NCBI GenBank assembly: GCA_038131935.1
Contig: JAYPQH010000033.1
Span: 10,528-74,527 of the forward strand
Source of the DNA: Alphaproteobacteria bacterium
Lineage (GTDB): Bacteria; Pseudomonadota; Alphaproteobacteria; UBA8317
Length of the DNA: 64,000 nt
Direction of reading: 5' to 3'
Both the position numbers and the translations under genes were made by a program. Of the stretch, positions 53,055 through 63,512 are shown piece after piece; within the stretch, counting starts at the first letter, position 1; each line of letters begins with the position of its first letter. The notes under the pieces are model-generated. The model searched no databases, was not told where the DNA came from, and saw only the letters and a list, made by a program, of their open reading frames with translations.

Positions 53055-54794
53055 CTAATCAGTGAGAACAAGTCCTTCGCGGCGCATGTCTGTTGCGCCG
53101 CGAAGCCCATGATGATCGATAATAATAGCACCAAGGCCTGAATTCATATCCCGTATCGATACAGAGTGACCGCGCGCTTCTAATCTTGGGCCTAAGAATA
53201 CATATCCCGAGCCCTTTTCAATTTCTGTTTTGCCATTTCGGTTCACAATATGACCCATGTTCAGAGCATCGGTAGGTTCTAATCCCCAATCAATCATATT
53301 GATCAATGCCAATGTGACATAGCCTATAATCCGTGATCCTCCAGGCGATCCTAAAAGAATATGCGGTTTTCCATCTTCAAGCGTAATAACAGGTGTCATG
53401 GATGAGCGGGGTCTTTTGTAAGGAGCTACCGCATTGGCAATGGGTCTACCATCTCTTTGGGATTGAAAGCTAAAATCTGTAAGTTGATTGTTTAGCAACA
53501 TACCACCCACAAAAATCCGTGAACCAAATCCCGTTTCAATTGATGAGGTCATCGACAGCGCATTTCCATATTGATCATAGATAACCATATGCGTTGTTCC
53601 TGGGCGTTCAAAACTATTGTCTTCACCCCATAGGGCAATTTGTTGTGGGGGCTCACCTGGTTTGGCTTTTCCTATAGATTGAAAGCGTTTCATTTCGTCG
53701 GAACGACTTTTGAGATAATTTTTATCCAAAAGACCGCGAATGGGAACAGGGACAAAATCTGCATCAGCCATATATTTTGCTCTGTCGGCAAAAGCCAAGC
53801 GGCTGGCTTCGGTGAGAATATGGAATGCATCTACAGATGGTCCCATTTCTTGCATGTCAAAAGGTTCAATCATCCCAAGAATTTGTCCCATTGTTAACCC
53901 ACCACTTGAGGGAGGGCCCATGGAGCACACTTGATGATCACGGTAGAAAAAACAAATTGGATCTCGCCATTTGGCTTCATATTGCCTCATATCCTCAAAC
54001 GATAATGTGCCCGGTTGGATGGGATATGTTTGAACTTTTTTAGCAATCTCCCCAGCAAGGGTGCCTTCGTAAAAATACCTCAACCCATTGAGGCGTAATG
54101 TTGCTAATGTCGCGGCATATTCAGGATTTTTAAGTATATGGCCTATGGGCCATGGTTTGCCATGGGCATCAAAAAAATACTCAGCGGTGCCATCATGATC
54201 TAACAGCCCCCAGTAAGGTGTTTTAGAGGTAGCGGATTTTTTAAGTGAATTATGTAGTCTCGGGGTAACTGCAAAACCATTTTCAGCAAGCTTTTGGGCT
54301 GGTTCCAAGAGTTTTGCGACAGGTAATTGACCAAGACGCTGATGTAACTTGTCCAACAGATCTACTGTACCCGGGACACCCACAGAACGCCCACCTGGAA
54401 CGGCTTGTTTCCAGGGTAAAATTTTACCATTTTTGTCAGTAAAAAGAGCATCATCGACAAATCTTGGCGCGGTCTCTCGCCCATCAAGACTGGTAACCAA
54501 CCCAGATTGATGGTCGTAAATCATCGCAAAAGATCCACCACCAAGTCCTGAGCTTTGTGGTTCTACAAGGCCAAGAACTGTTTGTGCGGCAACAGCTGCA
54601 TCTGCAACAGTGCCGCCCTCAGCAAGAATCGCGTGCCCAATCTTTGTGGCCAATGGGTGTGCTGTGGCAATCATAAAATGTTGACCATGAACAGTTGGTG
54701 TTCTTTTCACACCAAATCCATGCTCTGGCTGAAGTGGTTGAGCCTGTGCCACGCCCAGCATGAAGGTTACGACGATAGAGGAGATCCAACCCAT
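53055..54794 (-). CDS. ggt: Gamma-glutamyltransferase
   Basis: Signal peptide, autoprocessing site GTTHMVI and GSPGGSRII. Confidence 0.9.
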   Translation of the reverse strand: MGWISSIVVTFMLGVAQAQPLQPEHGFGVKRTPTVHGQHFMIATAHPLATKIGHAILAEGGTVADAAVAAQTVLGLVEPQSSGLGGGSFAMIYDHQSGLVTSLDGRETAPRFVDDALFTDKNGKILPWKQAVPGGRSVGVPGTVDLLDKLHQRLGQLPVAKLLEPAQKLAENGFAVTPRLHNSLKKSATSKTPYWGLLDHDGTAEYFFDAHGKPWPIGHILKNPEYAATLATLRLNGLRYFYEGTLAGEIAKKVQTYPIQPGTLSFEDMRQYEAKWRDPICFFYRDHQVCSMGPPSSGGLTMGQILGMIEPFDMQEMGPSVDAFHILTEASRLAFADRAKYMADADFVPVPIRGLLDKNYLKSRSDEMKRFQSIGKAKPGEPPQQIALWGEDNSFERPGTTHMVIYDQYGNALSMTSSIETGFGSRIFVGGMLLNNQLTDFSFQSQRDGRPIANAVAPYKRPRSSMTPVITLEDGKPHILLGSPGGSRIIGYVTLALINMIDWGLEPTDALNMGHIVNRNGKTEIEKGSGYVFLGPRLEARGHSVSIRDMNSGLGAIIIDHHGLRGATDMRREGLVLTD

Positions 54795-54797
54795 AGC

Positions 54798-55775
54798 TTA
54801 ATCAACAGCTTTCATGATGATTTTTCCCATATGTTTGTTGTCTTTCATATGAGCTACAGCTTTTTTAACGTCCTGCAGGGAAAATACTTGGTCAATAGGT
54901 AAATCCAAATCACCTTTGATGACATTTGACCAAAGGTTGGCCTGCATATTCTGAACGATGGTCCCAATTTCTTCCATGCTTCTTGTCCGAAATGTGACAC
55001 CAACATAATTGATCCTTCTAAGGGCGTGAAGATCAAAATCAAACTGGTCTAGGCCTCCTCCCAGGCGCCCCACATTCACAATTGTACCTTGTATCTTCGT
55101 GGCCTTGAGGTTGGACCGCGCTTGCACCCCAGAAATCTGATCAATGATCAGGTCAACCCCTTGTTGTTCAGTCACATTTAAGACTTCTTGAACCCAATTG
55201 GGGTCGGATGAATCAATCGCCAAATCAGCGCCATATTGGTGCAATTTTTTCCGTTTTTCGGCTGTTGTTGATGAGCCTATGACCAACCCAGCTCCCAAAA
55301 GCTTCGCAATTTTCATGGCCATGAGCCCAACTGCAGAACTGGCTCCTTGGATCAAAACTGCTGCCCCGGCTGTCATGCCCCCTACGTCTATGAGGCTGTT
55401 ATGCATGGTCATCAATGCAATAGGAAAACTTGCTGCGCGCTCAAAATCCATATTGTCTGGAATGAGCATGACGCGTGCCTGATGGGTGCACATATAATCA
55501 GCATAGGCTTGTATACCAGAGGCCATAACGCGGTCTCCAGGACGAAATTGGGTCACTGAAGACCCCACCGCTTCAACAACACCGGAAGCTTCCATGCCGG
55601 GTATGGTCCCTAATCCACCTTGGTTGCCATGCATTTGTCCTGCAACAACGGCAAGGTCAGCGCGATTCAGTCCAATAGCATGGTTTCTGATGAGAACTTC
55701 ATCAGGCCCAGGCTTTGGTCTATCCATCACGTCAACAATAAGGCCATTATTTGACGTTCTTATAGCTCTTATCAT
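54798..55775 (-). CDS. Zinc-type/quinone oxidoreductase (MDR superfamily)
   Basis: GLNRADL and the NAD(P) motif VLIQGASSAVGLMA. A GGAGGAAG Shine-Dalgarno precedes ATG 55775. Confidence 0.8.
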   Translation of the reverse strand: MIRAIRTSNNGLIVDVMDRPKPGPDEVLIRNHAIGLNRADLAVVAGQMHGNQGGLGTIPGMEASGVVEAVGSSVTQFRPGDRVMASGIQAYADYMCTHQARVMLIPDNMDFERAASFPIALMTMHNSLIDVGGMTAGAAVLIQGASSAVGLMAMKIAKLLGAGLVIGSSTTAEKRKKLHQYGADLAIDSSDPNWVQEVLNVTEQQGVDLIIDQISGVQARSNLKATKIQGTIVNVGRLGGGLDQFDFDLHALRRINYVGVTFRTRSMEEIGTIVQNMQANLWSNVIKGDLDLPIDQVFSLQDVKKAVAHMKDNKHMGKIIMKAVD

Positions 55776-55924
55776 GGTCTTATCTTCCTCCACAGAAATC
55801 TAGGCTTGATCGTAAATCAGTAACAAAAATTTTTTAAGTTTTATTTTATTTTGAAGGGATGATGATTGTCTTGAGATGTAAGGATGGCTCCTCATGCTAT
55901 ATGTTATCCTATCAAGATCTCCCG

Positions 55925-56749
55925 TTAGGGCAATTTAAAGGTAAGGGAAGCCCAGCGGCTAATCCAACCAGCGCCTTTCTTGTTTGTTTGGGGGTCAACT
56001 GGCTCGAGGACAACAAAATCGACAAGGTAAGTCATATTGTCTCGAGGTTTTAATTTCAGTGTCCCGGTGTCATCGGTAAAAATGGTAGATAAGGTTACAC
56101 GCCCAGCCTCATCTTTTTCACGGATATGAACCTGATGGTGAGGCAGTGGCTCGTTACGATAGAGCATGATCAAAGGTAGTTCTTCTGACGTGTCCTGTAC
56201 AAATGGATTTTTTGGGGAAAAAATTTCGACGAGCATACCCAATTTAACGTCTTGTCCTTCTGGCTTTCCTCTTACGACGAAGCTTTTTGCATGACGGCTG
56301 TAAAGTTCATAAAATGACTGATCCGGTAATCCTCGCTTGCGATGTTCGTTTATAAAGGGTTCGAGACCTTTTTCACGTAAGAAGGCATAAAATTTTTCCG
56401 AAGTTTCATATTTTGTATCAAAAGAATTTGTTTCATGTGCCGCGATCAAAAGGCCTGATGGTGGTTGAGATAGACGCATGGCAGGGACATCACCTAGACG
56501 TCCAGATAGGTTTATAACTTTATCTTTTTCGAGGCTATGACCAGCAACAATAATTTCTGACCTCTTAATATTTTGAGGGAGATATATTTGAGAGATCCCC
56601 TGAAATTCCATTCCAACCTTAAGGTTGATCGCAATATCTGTTCCTTGGGGAGCTGAGAACTTTTGTGGCTCTAACCAAAATTCATGGGCACCAACTGGTG
56701 CATGATAAAAAAGAGTCAGAATAAATGTTAGGGCATGACATATTTTCAT
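55925..56749 (-). CDS. DUF4198-domain periplasmic protein (putative Ni/Co uptake component)
   Basis: Signal peptide, then AHEFWLEP at the mature N-terminus, as is typical of the family. Confidence 0.7.
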   Translation of the reverse strand: MKICHALTFILTLFYHAPVGAHEFWLEPQKFSAPQGTDIAINLKVGMEFQGISQIYLPQNIKRSEIIVAGHSLEKDKVINLSGRLGDVPAMRLSQPPSGLLIAAHETNSFDTKYETSEKFYAFLREKGLEPFINEHRKRGLPDQSFYELYSRHAKSFVVRGKPEGQDVKLGMLVEIFSPKNPFVQDTSEELPLIMLYRNEPLPHHQVHIREKDEAGRVTLSTIFTDDTGTLKLKPRDNMTYLVDFVVLEPVDPQTNKKGAGWISRWASLTFKLP

Positions 56750-56807
56750 GGTAAAGGCCTGTTTTATATGAATGGCTATGACATAGCATAATGGAGGACA
56801 TAGAGAT

Positions 56808-57983
56808 ATGTATCTGGCTCGAATTCTATTACTTTGTTTTTTCTGTCTTCCTTTTTATGTTCACGCACATGAGGTAAAACCAGCGGTTGCCGATTTGTTT
56901 TTTACAGACAAACAGGTGGAACTAAAAATTACCATGCAGTTGGAAGTTGTCCTGGCAGGGATTGATGCTTCTCAATATCAAGATACAAATCTCGCCCCGC
57001 AGGCTGATCAATATGACCGTTACAGGCAGATGAGCCCATCATTTTTGGCTCAAAAATTTAAAGAAAATTGGCAAATTATCGCACCTCAAATACGCTTGTT
57101 GGCTGACAATAGGTTACTAGACGTAGGCTTGGTTGACGTGAAGGTTGCGGATGTTTCCAATCGTGAACTTCCACGCGATGGTGTATTCACGCTTCGTGCA
57201 ACCGTACCGCAAGAGACCAAATCAGTAACATTTGGATGGGATCAAAGCTTTGGATCCTTGGTCTTACGTCAACAGATTGAAGGATCAGATCGTGGCTTCA
57301 CGGGCTTGCTTCAGCCCGGTGTTATGTCTGAGCCCATAACGCGTTCAGGAAGTCCAGAAAAACCTTTTGGGGATGTTTTTGTTGAATATATCCCAGTGGG
57401 CATTGAACATATTGTTCCACTAGGTTTGGACCATATTATTTTTGTTGTTGGGTTATTTTTCTATGCCGCAGGTATATGGACACTCATCAAACAGGTATCT
57501 ATTTTTACACTCGCTCATACATGTACCCTTGCTTTGGCAACCTTAGGTTTTGTGTCTGTTCCAGCGGCTGTGGTTGAACCTTTAATCGCTGCATCCATAG
57601 CCTACATCGCTGTTGAAAATATTGTACAAATGGGATCCCGAAAACTTCGGTATTTTGTTATTTTCTGTTTTGGTCTTCTGCATGGATTGGGTTTTGCTTC
57701 TGTTCTGGGAGAATTCGGCTTACCAGGGGATCAAATGTTGGCAGGCCTTTTAGGCTTCAATGTTGGGGTGGAACTAGGTCAATTGATCGTGTTGTTACCT
57801 TTCGTCCTGGTGCTGGGCATTTGGCCAGTTCGCCAGGCTTGGTACCGCGGTGTTGTTCAGATTCCTGTCTCCGCATCCATTGGTTGTATAGGGCTTTATT
57901 GGGCTCTAGATAGATCAGGTTTAATGCCTGAGTCAGTGGCCACATTCATCGACAGTTCCCTCTTTACAATTGGTAATCTCTGA
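56808..57983 (+). CDS. HupE/UreJ-family membrane protein with an N-terminal periplasmic domain
   Basis: Motifs GIEHIVPLGLDHIIFVVGL, LAHTCTLALA, GLLHGLGFA and NVGVELGQL. Signal peptide ending VHAHE. Confidence 0.7.
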   Translation: MYLARILLLCFFCLPFYVHAHEVKPAVADLFFTDKQVELKITMQLEVVLAGIDASQYQDTNLAPQADQYDRYRQMSPSFLAQKFKENWQIIAPQIRLLADNRLLDVGLVDVKVADVSNRELPRDGVFTLRATVPQETKSVTFGWDQSFGSLVLRQQIEGSDRGFTGLLQPGVMSEPITRSGSPEKPFGDVFVEYIPVGIEHIVPLGLDHIIFVVGLFFYAAGIWTLIKQVSIFTLAHTCTLALATLGFVSVPAAVVEPLIAASIAYIAVENIVQMGSRKLRYFVIFCFGLLHGLGFASVLGEFGLPGDQMLAGLLGFNVGVELGQLIVLLPFVLVLGIWPVRQAWYRGVVQIPVSASIGCIGLYWALDRSGLMPESVATFIDSSLFTIGNL

Positions 57984-58023
57984 GAAAAACTCTTCAAAAA
58001 ATTGTTAGAGAGAGGAAGACGCT

Positions 58024-59204
58024 GTGCTGCCACTTAAGTTGGGTTTGTTTATGATGCCTGTGCATATGCCTGAACGCAATCTTCAGGAGGCATTACAAGA
58101 AGATCGTGCGCTTGTTCGTCTGGCTGATCAATTGGGCTTTGCAGAAGCTTGGATGGGAGAGCATATTTCGTCTGTAGGGGAGCCAGTACCTTCTCCCTTG
58201 ATTTTTCATGCAAGCATGATCAGTGAGGCGCCCAACATTCGTTTTGGAACAGGCGTGATCAGTTTACCCCAGCACCATCCCGTGATGGTCGCTTCTCATG
58301 TGGCGCTGTTAGATCAATTGTCAGCTGGTCGCGTTATCATGGGAATTGGTTCTGGTGGATTATCGAGTGATTGGGAAATTTTTGGTAACCTGATCACGGA
58401 CGTGGGCGCGCTATGCTAGAGTCCCTGAGTTATCGAAAAAATTTGGTCTACAGACCCACCTTATCATCACAATGGAGAACATTGGACGATTGATACAAGC
58501 CAGTATCAACTAGAGCGCTTGGGTGTGGGTCATGTCATCAAACCAATACAGAAGCCTTTTCCTCCTGTTGCGGTCTCCTTGCGTGGACCAAAATCTGGCT
58601 TGGCTGTGTTGGCTGGTGAGAGGGGATGGATTCCCATTTCGGGAATTTTATTGATCAAAAAGATGTAGCTTGCCACTGGCCTCTTTATGAGCAGGGGGCT
58701 GCCAAAGTTGGACGGTCCGTAGATCCTTCTTGTTGGCGTGTTGCTCGTTCTATTTGTATCACGGATGATACAGATCTTGCCCAAGATTTGATAAATGACC
58801 CTTACGGTGTCTTTGCTGACTATTATTTCTATTTGAACACCCATATGAAGTTGGCCATGGGAATTTTGCCGGAAGATTGGGATGAACATCAAGAAAGATT
58901 GGATGCAGTTGAAAAAGCAAAAAGCTTGGTCATCATTGGAACACAAGGCCAAGTGACAGAGCAATTGATGGATTTTGTTGACCATGTCGGTAGATTTGGA
59001 ACGCTTATCATGACCGGGCATGACGTTCACGGGCATGAACAAATGTGGCACAGAAGTATGCATATATTGGCACAAGATATTGCGCCCAAATTAGATCAGC
59101 ATGAGCGCAATGGTGGGTGCGTGAGTATTCTTCACAAAAATAATATGCTAAAGTCTTTGCGGTTTCCAAAAGGACGTGCTACGCCAACTCGATATTACGA
59201 ATAG
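58024..59204 (+). pseudogene. LLM-class (luciferase-like) flavin-dependent monooxygenase, three frame disruptions
   Basis: LGLFMMPVH...GFAEAWMGEH...GIGSGG in frame 1. DHGRGRAMLESL in frame 0. VIEKIWSTDPPYHHNGEHW...LAGERGWIPIS back in frame 1. NFIDQKDV...APKL in frame 0. Confidence 0.8.
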
Positions 59205-59224
59205 ACACATGATGGGGTTTTCCC

Positions 59225-60516
59225 ATGACCAAAAAAAATTTTTCAATTATCAAGCATATAACCCTTGCCTTCCTCCTGTTTTATCTACCGCAAATCGCAG
59301 CAGCAGATCCTGCCGCTCAGCTTCAATCGTTGATTTTGAACACAGGGGATGTGCAAACTGCAAGAAATGAATATCTCCTGTCAAAAGTGAACGTGAAGGT
59401 GCGTGAAGCTGAAACCATGCCACAGGTATCGGCATATACAAATTCTAATTTATCCATTGCACGCGAAGTTGACCGTCGAAATGCTGTGAGATTTACTGAC
59501 GAAGATCTTGATTATTTTGATGTGGTAACATCGGTCGAGCATAATCTTTATGATTTTGGTAAAGCTGAGAATGAGATTAGTGCCCTATCAAGCAGATCTG
59601 ATGCTGCAAGATTTATGATTTCTAGAAGCGTTTGAGAGAGTTAGACAGCCTTCTGCAGAAGACTTACCGCGGATGTCGAAACAATAGAACGTCAATTCTC
59701 AAATTTGGTAACTGAATTATTAGATTTTGAGAAGCGTGCAAATAACCGCTTTCGTTCTGGGGTAGGTACATTGGCCGAGGCGCGTGAGGTGTCATTATTA
59801 ATACTCGATGCGCAAAACAATCTTGCTGAAAGTGAAAAAAGACAGGCTGAGTTGTTACAGCGCATGAAAGCGCGTTACGGATCTGTACCTGAAAGTCCAG
59901 ATGCCTCATTTTGCCCCACTTGGTGAAAATTCGATCAGGTTGAGTTGCGCAACACCAAATTCTTTACAGGCGTTAATGCGCGCTCAAGAGGGCTTGAGTT
60001 TGAAACCAAGGCTTTGGAAGTAAGCCGTATGCCAACTTTTGATCTTGGAGGTCGGTTGACGATTATTGATGTAACGCGGGGCTTGAATGAGTATGATATG
60101 ACAGTGGGTGTAACAGTGCGCATGCCGTTGTATGATGGCGGAGCTAATGCAGCGCGTCAGACAGAGCTTTCCTACCGTAAGCAGATCGAGGAGCAAAAGA
60201 AACGTGCTATCCTGCAGGACAAATCTCAGAAGTTAGAGGTCATTCTCCTGGATCGTACAAGGCTCCTTGAAAAAATGACCAATGCCAAGACCGACTTAAA
60301 ACCATCGCAGAAAAATTGCGGGAGCTCGATATTCGGCGTGACGCAACGGGAACTTCAATCAACGAATTGGCTGAAACAATTGTGGACCAAGCCAATGCAA
60401 AGATTGTGGTGGAAACAAATCCTCTTGAGGTTTTAAAGTTGTTGGTTGCCCAGCATGGCGTCACCGAAACCCTACTATCGGCACTGAAGATAGCGCCCAA
60501 TCCTGAAAGATTTTAA
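59225..60516 (+). pseudogene. TolC-family outer-membrane efflux protein of a type I secretion system, about five frame disruptions
   Basis: Signal peptide ITLAFLLFYLPQIAAA. Two TolC repeat halves can be read only by changing frame near 59631, 59665, 59909-59912, 59990-59992 and 60298-60301. Confidence 0.8.
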
Positions 60517-60517
60517 T

Positions 60518-62232
60518 ATGACGGAACAATATGCAGCAGGTGCAAAAGAACATTGGTTCTTTGGACCTGTTTTTCGTGCCAAACATGAGTTGTTCCAACT
60601 CATTCTTGGCTCAGTTTTGATCAATATATTTGCCTTGGTCAGTGCCTTCTACATTATGATCGTCTATGATCGCGTCATTCCCAATGAGGCTATTGAAACG
60701 CTTTATGCATTAACAATCGGCGTCATGATTGTTGTTGCGTTTGACTTATTGATGAAGGTATTGCGGGGTTTGTTCACTGATCGCGCAGGTGCGGTGGTTG
60801 ATGAAGAGGTTGCTGCAACCCTATTTGATCGACTTTCTCGTAATGAAGCGCTTGCCACCCAACAAACAGGTAAAACAGCAAGCATTGTCAAAGAATTCGA
60901 CTTGCTTCGCGATTTCCTAGGATCCGCCACATTCGTGGCGTTTGCAGATCTGCCTTTCGTTATTATCTTCCTTTTTGTTTTGTATTCAATTGGCGGTTTG
61001 GTGGTGTTGGTACCCACCATCATTGTCGTTACCATTCTTTTGTTGGGGTTGTTGATTCAACCCGTTTTGCGCCGTCTTACACGCAATGCTGCAGTTGATG
61101 GACAATCAAAGCAAGCGGTTTTGGTTGAAGTTCTCTCTGGAATGGAAACACTTAAAACATTACGCGGCATGGATATTCTTCGCCATCGTTGGATGAACTC
61201 TGTTCGTAGCCAAGCAGGCTTCTCAATGAAGTCAAAATTTTGGTCGCAGTTGACATCAAATTTTTCACAAACAGGGCAGCAATTGTCCCAGGTTGGTATT
61301 GTCGTGTTTGGGGTTTTCCTTATCATGGAAGGTTCTTTTGACCATGGGGTCATAATTGCTTGTGTGATCTTGTCAGGCCGCACGCTCGCACCTCTTGGTC
61401 AGATCAGCAATTTGTTGGGGCGTCTCAGCCAAGTTTCACGGCTTACGATAATTTGAACCAACTTATGCAGCAGCCCGTCACCGAGGTTGAGCGCTCAGAG
61501 TATTTGCGTATTCATGAGGTTGAGGGAAACATCACCTTCAGCAATGCAGGTTTACAGTACCCTAAGCAGAAAAAACCTTCGGCAGATGATATCTCATTGG
61601 CCATTGGTGCTGGAGAAAAAGTTGCAGTCCTTGGAAGAATTGGATCTGGGAAAACAACAATACTTCGCATGATTGCAGGTTTGGTTCAGCCAACCAGTGG
61701 TATGGTACAGGTCGATAGAACTGACGTCTCTCATTTCCATCCTGATGATTTGCGTAAACATGTATCTGTGGTCATGCAGCAGCCGCTTATATTTTCAGGT
61801 ACTTTGCGGCAGAATATAACACTTGGAAACCCAGATGCTACAGATGAAGAAATCATGCATGTCGCGAGGCTAACAGGTGTGGATGGCTTGGCTTCGATGC
61901 TGCCTGATGGCTTTGACACCATGCTGACTGAGCGCGGAATGCAATTGTCTGGTGGCCAGCGTCAAGCGATCTGTATTGCCAGAGCTCTGGTAAATCCATC
62001 CAAAATACTTCTCTTAGATGAACCAACATCAGCCATGGATTCTAATACTGAAATGGCTGTGATGAAGAATATAATGATTGCGGCCAAAGATAAAACCGTC
62101 ATTTTGGTAACCCATAGGGGTATTCTTGTTGATCTCGTTGAGCGGGTTGTTGTGATGGACTCTGGAAAAATTATTGCCGATGGTCCCCGTGAAGAGATCA
62201 AGCAGAAACTACGTGGTGGGGGTGCAGCCTGA
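60518..62232 (+). pseudogene. Type I secretion system permease/ATPase (no C39 peptidase domain), one frameshift
   Basis: 6-TM exporter domain. Walker A GRIGSGKTT, signature LSGGQRQAICIARAL, Walker B ILLLDEPTSAMD. The halves join as ...LLGRLSQ|SFTAYDNLNQLM near 61429-61435. Confidence 0.85.
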
Positions 62233-63494
62233 TGGCACAAAAAAAATCATTTTGGTTTTCAAACATCATCTTTTATTTGATAGTCATTTTTTTTGCGGTT
62301 GCAGGTTTTTGGGCCTATGTCGCAGAGATCGATCAAGTTGTGCGTGCTGAAGGAGAGGTGGAGCCGGTTGGTAAGGTGCAGCCCGTTCAGTCTTTATATG
62401 GGGGCACTGTTGCAGAGTTAAACGTCGCTGTTGGTGATATGGTTGAGAAGGATCAAGTTGTTATCAGGCTGGATGAACAAGAGCCTGTCGCAGAATTTGA
62501 GCAGAATGAAATTACCTATGTAAGTGCTGCCGCTCGCTACGCGCGTCTTTATGCAGAGGCCAATAGCCTGTCTTATATTGAGTTTCCTGACGATGTTCCA
62601 CTGAGTTTACGTTTGTCAGAGCGCGCGGTCTTTTTATCACGACAGAAAACCCTAGAAGGCCGTCGTCGGGTTCTACAGCAAGAATTGCAAAGTGCCAGAA
62701 ATGATAAACTTGAAGCCGACAATGCAATAAAAGCGGCACGCAACCGTTTGAAATTGGTTGATGAGGAATATGATCTTTACGAACCTTTGGTGAAACAAGG
62801 TATTGAGCCCCGCGTGAAGCTATTTGATATTGAGACGCGTAAGGTTCAAACCCAGGATGAAATTACCCAGCGGCGCATCGAGAGTAATGGTGCTGAAATA
62901 CGTATTCAAAAGTTTTTGGATGAAATCACACAGCTGGACAATCAGTTTCGATCCGATGCGGGTGAGCAAATGTATCGCGAAGTGGAAGCGCGTGATAAGG
63001 CCGCCTCAGAGCGGATTCGGTTGGCTGAGCGGTTGTCACAAACAGATTTAAAAGCACCGAGTTCAGGTATTGTGACGTCTGTAGCGGTACCTGGTCCTGG
63101 TGCTGTTGTTCGTGGTGGTGACGTCTTGCTTGAGATCGTTCCATCTGCTGATAATTTTACGATCTTAGCAAGAATTCCGGTTAAAGACATCTCAAAGGTA
63201 TCTGAGGGTCAAACAGCAAGGGTCTCTTTCTCAGCCTATGATTTTAGTCGCTATGGTGTCATGATGGGGCGTTTTAAGCGTATCGCACAGAACACCACAG
63301 AGACTGAGCAGGGTGAGCGTTATTATGAAGCATGGGTCGAAACGGAGGGAAAAACCTTCTCAAAATCACCAATAGAGCCCCAAATTGTTCCAGGTATGGC
63401 CGCCACGGTTGATGCCTTGGGCGAAAAGAGAACTGTGGTCGAGTATATCATGAGCCCATTGAATAGAATGGCCAGCAAAGCATTAACAGAATAA
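62232..63494 (+). CDS. HlyD-family type I secretion periplasmic adaptor
   Basis: N-terminal TM FSNIIFYLIVIFFAVAGFWAYV, AEIDQVVRAEGEVEP, a long coiled coil and a C-terminal beta domain IVPGMAATVD. The ATG overlaps the ABC gene's TGA. Confidence 0.9.
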   Translation: MAQKKSFWFSNIIFYLIVIFFAVAGFWAYVAEIDQVVRAEGEVEPVGKVQPVQSLYGGTVAELNVAVGDMVEKDQVVIRLDEQEPVAEFEQNEITYVSAAARYARLYAEANSLSYIEFPDDVPLSLRLSERAVFLSRQKTLEGRRRVLQQELQSARNDKLEADNAIKAARNRLKLVDEEYDLYEPLVKQGIEPRVKLFDIETRKVQTQDEITQRRIESNGAEIRIQKFLDEITQLDNQFRSDAGEQMYREVEARDKAASERIRLAERLSQTDLKAPSSGIVTSVAVPGPGAVVRGGDVLLEIVPSADNFTILARIPVKDISKVSEGQTARVSFSAYDFSRYGVMMGRFKRIAQNTTETEQGERYYEAWVETEGKTFSKSPIEPQIVPGMAATVDALGEKRTVVEYIMSPLNRMASKALTE

Positions 63495-63512
63495 TTACCA
63501 AGGAGAGTAAAA

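Noticed and set aside
58390-61435. Programmed ribosomal frameshifting in the LLM, TolC and ABC genes
   Set aside because: No slippery heptamer or stimulatory structure recurs at the sites. Multiple shifts of both signs in one gene are incompatible with known programmed events. These gene families are not known to use recoding.
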